A DNA stretch of 64,000 bases, from positions 4,030,001-4,094,000 of the forward strand of contig OZ296652.1 of assembly GCA_965655095.1 (NCBI GenBank), written 5' to 3'. The DNA comes from Haplodiscus bocki. Taxonomy: Eukaryota. The position numbers and the translations under genes were made by a program. Below the pieces are notes generated by a model. That model had not been told where the DNA came from and ran no database searches. It worked only from the letters and a program-made list of their open reading frames with translations. Numbering within the stretch: the stretch's first letter is position 1; every line of letters starts with the position of its first letter. Positions 54,301 through 63,454 of the stretch are shown here, piece by piece.

Positions 54301-54360
54301 GCTACGTGTGAAAATTGTGGTGTCCAAACTACAAAGCGTAATCTTGCTCGCCATAAGAAG
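39400..54360. repeat. Array block 3: eight ~1.87-kb units (A + B), the presumed ancestral unit
   Basis: Spacings of 1869, 1871, 1871, 1862, 1871, 1866, 1867 and 1884, with a single A module per unit. Confidence 0.95.
52480..54010 (-). pseudogene. Two uncharacterised minus-strand Polinton ORF remnants forming the body of each array unit (representative copy)
   Basis: Recurrent translations across units: a long ORF (...DVCQKxxFSxFP...KGSNKKFPAIKFFPSCDL..QQRFILQE...SKCLQVPLP..GSTKSK..FTHYY) followed by a small Cys-containing ORF (MTCSTFKRDYR.EHSIF...CQVRN...DP.ILVF...VEDK.CLCP). I found no intact copy in any unit. Confidence 0.6.
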
Positions 54361-57300
54361 ATTTTTTCTACAGTGACATTGTATTGCGCACATTATCCCA
54401 TATTCTCCAAAAACCACAAAAACAATCTGATTTTTGATTTTAGCAGGAAGCACAGCGAACCAAAACTTGTCGTTACGTTCAGGTATAAATATTGTTATCA
54501 AGAGCTTTTAGCAAGTGTTGATGCGAAAGCTGTCATCAACGAAAAGGACTATTTGAATCTCAAAGGGGAGTTGCGTTCTCATCAACTTTTATAAGTGGAT
54601 TTTGAACTTGAAAGTGTGAGATACAAAGTATTCAATTACGCAGTGGAAAAACTCAACGAAACCGTAGTCAACGAGAAACTTGATCTTTTTTCCAAAAATT
54701 TGAAAAGTGCAGCTAAAGTCAATCTGGCTTTCGGGTTATTTCTGAAGATTATAGAGGATTGAAGTTTCAGATACTCTTATGCACACGAGAATATTACCCC
54801 GTTGGACAGGTGGAAACTTGAGTGCACTAAGACGACTTGACAAACTTGAAAGATATTCTGAACGAAACTGACATAATCTAGATGTGTTGTGGAGAAGGAA
54901 GAAACTCAAAGTGGAGGTTCCACAAGTTGAAAAAATTAACTGTGTTTGCTCTTTACTCAGAGACATACCTCTGGTTTGCCGGGACGCTGTCCTACCCGAA
55001 CCACTTTTGAGAAATTGCACAATCAATTGTTTTACGTTCGAGGAGACCACAAGACAACCATATAACTTGAACTTGTGCCTTTTTCGTGCGGTTGCATCCC
55101 ATTTGCATGTAAATCAAAAGGTAGAAGAAATATCATCTGAATTTTCTATATTAATCCTGGGTAGATTGGATAGACTCAGCCCCAGTCAGTTCCATGGAGT
55201 GCATATGAACGATATTCCCAGTAATGAAGATCTGCTGTTACTCAATTTTGTTCTCTATGTTATCAATATTACAGAAGGGAACATTATAGGTGAACTCGCT
55301 TGGCACAGGGTGCAGAATTATGAGAATAATGTAGGACTGTTGATTTACATTAATCATATATGTTACCTTAGCAAAATAAGGCAACCTTCCAATCCTTTTG
55401 TTGCCCTAATTCTGATATTTTGTCCAAAAGAACATTCAATTTGGAGCAGCATTTAACTACATTCAGTGAACGAGCGAAACATGTCTGTTGCAGAACGTAT
55501 ATTGAAGCCGAAAAACTTTCTTCGACAAGTTGGATTCTTTTGTTATTAAGTACGCGACTGAACAAAAACTCTTGAGAAGTTTTGCAGTATTCGACTTTGA
55601 GTCAATTTGTATCCAAGATGAGACCTTCAGAGACAAAAACACAACGGAATTTTTTCAAATTTTGATGTTGGCATTATTGCTAGTCATTTATAACCCTATT
55701 CCGTGTGTCAACACAAGGCGACTGGTTCATATACGGGTTAGGTTCTCGATTCAGAGACGGGCAGACTCACGCTTTGACAAAACATTTCCCCTGTTTTTGG
55801 AAATATGTTCAAACCCTATCGTCAACGGGCAAGACAAGAATGTAAAATTGAAGGCTTCTTCATAACAGGCAGACTGGAGAAAATTTTGTTGCAGTTTCAT
55901 TACTTTTTTTTTCATTGCAACACTGTGTTCGAAGTGTTTGGCTGTTTTTTTGACTTCTGTTTCCCTCAATAAGTACGTCTCTCTCTCTTTCTCTCTCTTT
56001 CTCTCTCTCTCACACACACACTGAAGAAGATATCCAACGCAGTATCAATAAGACAAAACTAGATGAGTTGAGACGGAACTATATCGAAGAAAAAGGCCTC
56101 AGTGTCCATAAAATGTGGCAGTGTGACTGGTAAGGACTGTACATGATAACTACTCTTGTTAAACAACATATCTGAGAATCTTTCCTTCACAGACATTTAC
56201 TGGAGAATGACCAACTGCCTAAAGGAATAAAGAATAGGAAATTGTTTGGTTGTGCTCAATGCGTCATTGAAGTACCTGAAAATCTGAGAAACAGGTTTCC
56301 TAACTTCCCGCAAGTCATCAAAAACACTTTTTTTAGCAAGAATGATATCGGGAACCTAATGAAAAACTACGACCAAGGGAAAAAAAGTATCAAAGTGGCA
56401 AAAAATGACATCAAGCTTCACATTGCACAACTGAACCCCAATTACTCCTCTACTGTTGCTCAATCTGCACCTGGGGTTGTCGTTACAAAAACACGCCGTT
56501 TTGTGTGATGTCTTGTACACTCGAAATAAAAGTTTCAACATTTTTGTACAGTCTTTAATGGACGGAAGTGTAAAAGTTGTCGAGAATCCAAACTGCCGTG
56601 TAGTCGCAGACACATTGAAGTGTTTGGCCAATAGCTCTCATGGCCACCAGATTATGGACCGCGGGCAGACACATTGTAGCGAAAAACCCCAGCGACGAAA
56701 AAGCTCAAGCAGCTGCCAATAGTAAACTGTTCGAAAACTCTTGTTCGAATTTGAACTCGCCAAAACTCAGATTGAACACAGAGTGTGAATCTTTGTCGGG
56801 TTCTTCATTTCTCAGTACGCAAAAATACGAATGCTGGAACTAAACTACATCTTTTTTGCAGAGCTCTGACACCTAAAAAAGTTCGAATAAATCGAGATAC
56901 ACGCAGGTTCGCTTCCTTTTGCTTTTTGAGAGAAGAAAATTGAAGACTGTATCCAACCTGGATTGAGGACAGAATGGGAGCAAATTACTCTAGTGATACT
57001 TTCACTGCTGATGCATCCGGAAGTTTCTTCTCTCTTGACTGTGCTGTGACAACCACCAAAACACATGACAAGAGAAAGCCTGGTCTATTCAAATAGGAAT
57101 TCAGTTGTGCAGATATGTAATGTTTCTGTAGCAAGACTAACTGCTGCTATGATGTTACCTCGAACGGGTTTAAACTCAGTAGCAAAAACCTCGTTAAACT
57201 TCTGCCTATGGACATGTACGGCCACGTCCTGCGTGAAAACAATTTAATAGTCAAAAACAGTCTTCGGAACAATCACGCTCCCACTTGTTATGAACAAGTA

Positions 57301-57378
57301 AAGAAAGGACTCTCCTACTTCTACCCCAAACAAAATGTAGAGAACGATGGAATTCAGACTCATTCTCTCAAATTGTGT
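54274..57378 (+). pseudogene. Polinton pPolB (element 2), degenerate, with a large internal deletion
   Basis: N-terminal Zn-finger-like CENCGVQTTKRNLARHKK; OTU-like LNLCLFRAVA...NHICY; Exo I AVFDFES; degenerate motif A GIIASHL*PYSVC; motif B LKCLANSSHGHQ; C-terminal YEQVKKGLSYFYPK..VENDGIQT. Confidence 0.9.
55978..56021. repeat. Compound microsatellite (CT)n, TT-interrupted, followed by (CA)n
   Basis: TCTCTCTCTCTTTCTCTCTCTTTCTCTCTCTCTCACACACACAC, inside the polB pseudogene. Confidence 0.95.
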
Positions 57379-57489
57379 ATGTATCAAAAGCTCAATTCAC
57401 AAGTGTCTTGTGTTTGTTCGCATCCCTAATATGTAATCAACTTTTTGAAACCCTACAATTTTTCACTTTGCAAAAAGTCACAACAGTAC

Positions 57490-57858
57490 ACGCAGTCGTC
57501 TTAAGTGATGGGAGGCGTAAAAATCATGCGCGTGTGGGGGGGTGTTTGGAGGAAAAAAGTCAGTTCAAAAAATCTTCTCGAAGAAATCTCAATTCCGAAA
57601 ATGAGAAATTCAGCCCAGTCCCTATCTATATACTTTGCAAAACCCCTATAGCTTGTACTAGTACATTGGCGATTACGATTTGCTATCTAAATACAATACT
57701 TATAATACCCCTATTTTGCCTAAAACTGAAAAATCGGCAGGCAATCAGAATCGAGCACCAAAAACCCTTAAACTTCGTCAGCCGATCAGAATCAATTATT
57801 ACAGCACCGAAAAACACCCGAGAGCTCTCGGCCAGGGTTGGAGAAGCTTCTTGGCTCC
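57490..57858. repeat. Probable Polinton TIR/sub-terminal region of element 2, truncated
   Basis: Non-coding tract ~110 bp after the polB end. GGCAGGCAATCAGAATC and CGTCAGCCGATCAGAAT match GGCAGACAATCAGAATC and CGTTAGCCAATCAGAAT at 1,873-1,926 in the same orientation. Confidence 0.55.
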
Positions 57859-58098
57859 AATTGGTCATTAAAGCCTAATTGTTGTGATAAACTTATTAAA
57901 GAGCAAGCCATTGCTGTTTAATAAGTCATTTCAGAGAATATAGTGTGCCGGCATCTGGATACCATTGGGTAGCTTTCGGGATTTTAGAAAGTCCGGCGAT
58001 CAATATAGCTTGCAAGAGGATTTCACCCCTTTCAGACTTTGACCAAAAGGGAAGAATACAACATCTTCTATCCTGTTAGTTCGTTCCAATTCTTTTTC

Positions 58099-58501
58099 AT
58101 GGTTCTTTTAGTGGGGGCAAGTTGTTTGGACAACGCATATAGAAATTGGAGTTATACAACTAGAAACCGATTGAAGAAAGATATAATTGCAATTCGTGGC
58201 CTATCCCTTAATCCCAAATATATAAGTCCCCTGAAAATTCTTCAAAATCTTTTGAAAAAAGTATTACTGGAATCAAAGAAAAAACTAATCTGGCACGACG
58301 TGGTTAGCAATTCCATATCTAAACATAGAAGCAATAGGGACAATCCCTGTGGAACGATAAACTGCTAGAAAAACTAACTGGGCTCAAACAGAATATTGAA
58401 GCATTTTTAAATCCCTTGTCAACAAGAAAAGATCAAAGTCAAAAAACAGACCCTCTCAGAAAAAGAGAAGAAAGGCGCAAAGAAGAATAGGATCATCTTG
58501 A
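58099..58501 (+). pseudogene. SGNH/GDSL-hydrolase-like ORF0 upstream of LINE ORF1, frameshifted and probably internally deleted
   Basis: MVLLVGASCL resembles SGNH block I (hhhGxS), AIRGLSL resembles block II and LIWHDVVSNS resembles block III. There is a basic tail in another frame (KKRSKSKNRPSQKKRRKAQRRIGSS*). Confidence 0.5.
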
Positions 58502-58585
58502 AGTTAGTCAAAGTTTCTGCTTGTTTAAACTGGGAGCCTCAGGGACTTCGGTGTCTTAGTAGGTACCCAGTTTGGGCCGGGAGAA

Positions 58586-59790
58586 ATGGGTGAACGTAAC
58601 AAGAAAAATAAAACGAGAAAATGTCTCAATTGCACAAATCTGGTTGGTACTGATCCATCTATGTTTTGTCATGCATGCGAAAAATGGACATGAGGGCACT
58701 GCGCTAAAGTTAGCAAGGAGCAAATCGATTTATTCGAACAAACAGAAGGCGCCATGTGGTTCTGTGATAAATGTCGTTGTTATGCGAAAAGTAGCATACA
58801 GACGGGACTTACAGAATTTAAGGCGGAGGTCGATCAAAAATTGACAGTTGTCAAAGACCTTGTAAAACAAACAATTGAGAAGCATGACGAAACGTTTGAG
58901 AAACATGTTGAAGTAGTACACGAAGCAGTAAAAACAACTGCGAAACAAAAAGAACAAGCGCAAACCAATACTCCTGGAGCAAGCTATGCCAGAACAGTGG
59001 GACAGACGAGTCATAGCTTACAAACTGGCTCACGAAAATACATAACTCCGCAACGCAATCATGAACATATTTTGATAGCTTCAAATACTTTCAACTTCAA
59101 AGTCAGTGTACAATTCAAGAAAGAGTTTGCTGAACATTTTCCACTTAAAAGATTGATTCATGCATTCAACACAACCAGAGGAAACGTTCATTTAGAGTTT
59201 GTGTCAAAAGAGGAGGCGGACGAAGTTTTCGAGAAGTGGAAACCGGAGTTTCTAGGTGATTCAACGAAGATTAGAAGAGCTCTTTCAACGGAGAAGCCAA
59301 ATCGTGCTGTCATCATCAAGAAGGTTCCGCTAGATGTGAACGATGAAATGATTCAAAGCTGTTTAGATACTCAGTTCAAAGACGCGAAAGCAACGGGTTT
59401 CATAAAGAGAGACTCGACAAAACTTGGGACAGTTAAAAATGTGCTGAAATCTAAAAACGATCTTGGAAAAGCTTTGCAACAATGGCTTTTCAACGACTCT
59501 ATCTATTATAAAACAATACCTTTCGAGCAAAATGGGATACAGATTATCAGATGCTTCAAATGCCAGAAGTTTGGTCACATCAGTGCCAAATGTCAATCAG
59601 GTGAAAATGTGGACACTGCAGTGAAAATCATTTATTTAGGGACTGTCCCAATAAAATTCAGGAAAGCAAATGTGCGAACTGTAATCTAAATCATCCCGCC
59701 ACCTATATCCAATGTGATGTATACATCAAGCAGTTACAAACAGTTATAAAATCTAGGGGACTGGACCAATCCACTCCCCATAATGGCTAA
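58586..59790 (+). pseudogene. LINE ORF1 (PHD finger, coiled coil, RRM-like region, three CCHC zinc knuckles)
   Basis: ATG 58,586 is in frame with ORF 58754-59689: CLNC...FCHACEKWT*GHC...WFCDKC (PHD; TGA at 58,691). Then CFKCQKFGHISAKC and, after a frameshift near 59,605, CGHCSENHLFRDC and CANCNLNHPATYIQC, with stop TAA at 59,788-59,790. Confidence 0.88.
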
Positions 59791-62700
59791 CAAAAAATTA
59801 ACCTTCATTCAACTGAATATTGGTGGTGTTGCCGAGCGTAGCAAGCTGATTTTTAACAACTACCTTGAAACACATAAACCGACAATCTGTTGCCTCAACG
59901 AAACAAAAAGACAACTAGATAAGGACTTCGATGCAAATTGCTTCACGGATTCAACATGTCGTGGCGTGAGAAGTGATGGCGTCGCTATCAAAATAGGTAA
60001 GGACTTGAGTTACACTCTCCTAAATGAACTTGAACTGAAAGACCATGACAGCATTTGGATCTTGACGGTGGTGGCGGGGCTCAAGGTCATAACCGGTACA
60101 GCATACCTGAAACCAAATGGAACCGCTTCAATGGAAAAATTCATAAAGCAGAGAGAAAAAGTGGTAAACTTCTACCATCAGCACAACCTTGATAGAGTGT
60201 TGTTCTTGGGAGACTGCAATGCTAGACACTGCTTGTGGGGTGATAGTATATGCAATCCTAACGGTTATCTCCTTGTGGAAAGTCTTTCTGCTGAAGACAA
60301 CATCCTTAATAATGGAGAAAAATCTTTTTTGTCATCCAATGGTTCGAGTGTTATAGATCTGTGCATTGTAAGTGGACGAATCGCTACGCAAGTAGGATTC
60401 GAGCTAGCAACTGACCCAAATGTTGAACTCTTCACAGGAGCGCCGCAACGTGGACATATACCTTTAATAGTGAAATGCAACCTAAGTAGGACGACGGAAG
60501 AAAGAAATACCAAACCGTGGTTCCAGAAAGCAGACTGGGAAGCCAAGCAGAACGTGTTAGAAAAATCATCGCATGCATCACTTGAGGCAGTTCAATGCCG
60601 AAGCGCCACAGATCAATGAGGAAGTGTACTTGTCGACATTACCGAAGCAAGACGATTGGCCATTCCATATAAAAGAAGCTCCAGGCATAGCAAACCTTTC
60701 TGGTCTGAAGATCTATCTCAAAAAAGTGCGGAACGCAGAGCTCTCCGAAAAAAAAATCAAGTACTGCTCCAATTACTCAAATGGAGAAAGACTTAATAAT
60801 GCAAAAAATGAGTTTAGGAGCCTTTTATCTGAGAAATCTTCGGAGTGGATGCGAGAAACTTTAACTGGATTGAGTTACAGGAAAGGCAAAGATTTTTGGC
60901 AAAAAATTCGGCATGTATTCCAAATGAGAGAATGCGCAATAGGCCTATTGCAAAGTTCAGATGGAGGGCTGGCTACTTCGAAAGAAGAGATCTCTGAGGA
61001 TTTGAGAAACACATTCTTCCTAGGGCAGCATCTCAAAGAAAGATCATATGATGAGGATCATTAAGTTGAGGTGACACGGAGGGTTCGTACTCAGGACCCG
61101 CAGATCAACGCTGAGCATGAAGAAATCTTCCACGAGGACTTCTCGATGTATGAACTAGAATGTGCTATCAAAGATATTCCTCAACCGGACGCGTTCGTTA
61201 ATGATGGGACTCATGCATCCATGCTGAAACATTTTGGTATTAGAATGAAGCGGAGGCTACTGAAACTTTTCAGTAGTTGTTGGCACGAGTCCACTTGGCC
61301 CCGGAACTCATCTCGAGCAATCTTCATAAAGAAACCAGGCAAATCGAATTATGCATTCAGTTCCAGCTACAGACCAATAACCTTATCCAGTCATGTTGGA
61401 AAATTATTCGAAAGAATGATAAACCGAAGACTGCGCACTTTCTTTACGTCTTGTAAAATAATTGAAGAAGAACAAGAAGGTTTCAGAGAAAAGAGAAGCA
61501 CCGTTCGGTCTTTGTACAGAATGCAATTAGAGTTGGAAGATGTTCAGAGAACTAAAGAACCAGCGGTATTACTGATTATAGACCTGGAGTAAGCCTTTGA
61601 TAGTGTTTGGATAGACGGCCTCTTGTACAAACTTCAGAACATCGGAATAACAAGAAACTTGGTCAGTATTATCCAGGCTTTTCTTAGCAACAGATTATCC
61701 TTCATAAAGATCGGAAACTATCATTCAAACAATTTTCCGATTCACATCGGCTTACCGCAAGGCAGTGTACTCTCGCCAAAATTGTGCATTTTGTTCATTA
61801 ATGTTTTCATCAATGAATACCCCATTCGATTCAAGTTTGCGGATGACACAGCTCTGATTTTAACTGCCGATGATCTTCTACAACTCGCAAACCGAACGCA
61901 GGCCGCTGCAGATAAAATTAAACGGTGGTGCGACAAATGGCGCATGGCTGTTAATGGTTCCAAAACTGAGATAGTCTTATTCAATTACAACAGCAAAGAT
62001 CCATTCGAAATCGCGCTATTTTCTGACCTTTGTAAAGTTAAAACATCCACAAAGTCTCTAGGGATAATCATTGACAATAAAACTAATATTAAAGAGCATG
62101 CTGAGCTCAGTGTAGCGAAAGCCCAGCTCAATTGGGCTGCCATAACAAGCAAATGCACAATCAGATGGTGTCTATCTCCCACGAACAAAGTTTATCTCTA
62201 TCGAACAATTTTTGTGCCGCAAGCCTTGTATGGTGCACCGTTTTGGTACCACAAAAATACCCACCAACTCAGATGCCTTCAGAATAATGTTTTTCAGAAA
62301 AATTTTCAAACATGGTCCATCTCCCTCTATTGAAGCGTGTGAAGCATTGACTGGAGTACCACCGATTGACATTTACTGCGAAAGCATAGCTGTCGAGTTC
62401 GCCATCAAAATCTGGCAGGATGATGATCTCGTACGGGATACTCACTTAAAATCCATTAGTAAATCTCGCAGCCGAGCTAACTCACTAGAATCAAGTTTGA
62501 AGAGATACAGTCGATTTATGAACATGGAAACCATTCTCGAGTATACTAATGACCAAATTGTGGGTTTTATCACTGACCAATGGCGCAAACGTTGGAAAAG
62601 AGGGTTTAACAACTCCTTTCTCACGAACCTCACTGCAAGTGTACCAGCATTTAACGATATCTCTCCGATGATATGCGGAGAATCATACAGAGCTAATAAA

Positions 62701-62943
62701 ATCTGCGAGTTCCTGATTGGCAATTCCCTAAAACTAGCTGACATGAAGTGGAAATTGAGTCTCGGTGCTTCACCGATGTGTGAATGTGGTGAATCGGAAG
62801 AAACACCATTTCATTTCTTTTTAAACTGCAAACTACAATCTGCTAACAGACCAAATAACTGTACAAACCTGAACGTCTTTAATCAAGACGATTGTATGAA
62901 ACTGCTTACACTCATACTAAGCTCGGAAAACTGGACTGAATAG
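59783..62943 (+). pseudogene. LINE ORF2: APE endonuclease + reverse transcriptase + C-terminal CCHC motif; no RNase H seen
   Basis: APE motifs: QLNIGG, CCLNETK, FLGDCNARH, SSVIDL. RT motifs: YRPITLSSHVGKLFERMI, QEGFREKRST, IDLE*AFDSV, GLPQGSVLSP, FADD. C-terminal CECGESEETPFHFFLNC. Broken by frameshifts (~60,600, ~62,290) and stops (61,062, 61,590). Confidence 0.95.
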
Positions 62944-62956
62944 AATTGTGTGAACT

Positions 62957-63156
62957 NNNNNNNNNNNNNNNNNNNNNNNNNNNNNNNNNNNNNNNNNNNN
63001 NNNNNNNNNNNNNNNNNNNNNNNNNNNNNNNNNNNNNNNNNNNNNNNNNNNNNNNNNNNNNNNNNNNNNNNNNNNNNNNNNNNNNNNNNNNNNNNNNNNN
63101 NNNNNNNNNNNNNNNNNNNNNNNNNNNNNNNNNNNNNNNNNNNNNNNNNNNNNNNN
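62957..63156. other. Assembly gap (200 N)
   Basis: Run of N. Confidence 1.
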
Positions 63157-63382
63157 AAAGGACCCTCATGGGAACATCTTGACAGGTGGTTGTTTATTTT
63201 GGCATTTTGAAAAGTGCAAACTTTTGAACATTAGTCTGAAAAATGAACAACAGCGTTTTAAAAAGTAATGTTTCACATAATAAGTGAGTGCGCAAGCAGG
63301 CGTTATAAGATAGTCTTCAAATTCTTTTTCCCGCGATCCGTTTATAACTCGAACAAGTTCCTACTTCTTGACCAAAAAGAGG

Positions 63383-63454
63383 AGGGAGTGTCCTAGGCTC
63401 GAACCTGCCGCTTTTAGTGCTGCAGTCGAATGCTCTACTGACGGACATTGCTGC
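63383..63454 (-). pseudogene. tRNA-Cys(GCA)-like pseudogene or tRNA-derived element
   Basis: Minus strand reads ...AGTAGAGCATTCGACTGCAGCACTAAAAGCGGCAGGTTCGAGCCTAGGACACTCCCT, with a tRNA-Cys-like D/anticodon segment, a B-box (GGTTCGAGCC) and TTTTT a few nt downstream (63,374-63,378). The anticodon and acceptor stems do not pair well. Confidence 0.55.

Larger units (their letters stand above)
13447..54360. repeat. ~41-kb Polinton-derived tandem array: 20 full units plus a 5' partial unit
   Basis: The junction CACAAGAAG|TGGACATAGAC (or variants) recurs at ~14126, 15581, 17026, 18479, 19923, 21369, 23862, 26346, 28831, 31315, 33806, 36915, 39400, 41269, 43140, 45011, 46873, 48744, 50610 and 52477. 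The last unit ends at 54,360 and runs into pPolB. Confidence 0.97.
57859..62956 (+). mobile_element. Degenerate APE-type non-LTR retrotransposon (LINE) with three ORFs; 3' end lost in the assembly gap
   Basis: Gag-like ORF1 with zinc knuckles followed by an APE endonuclease + reverse transcriptase ORF2. The 5' boundary is approximate and was set where TIR similarity ends. Confidence 0.9.

Noticed and set aside
13447-54360. CRISPR-like repeat/spacer array
   Set aside because: The units are kilobase-scale and homologous throughout. There are no short constant repeats with unique spacers and no cas genes.
1-57858. Polinton major/minor capsid and adenain-like protease genes
   Set aside because: I could not recognise them on either strand, so they are not reported. 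They may lie outside the window or be too decayed to see.
57375-57878. 167-aa ORF after polB
   Set aside because: It runs across the TIR-like non-coding tract and has no recognisable motif; likely spurious.
62912-63210. ORFs spanning the N run
   Set aside because: Artefacts of the assembly gap.
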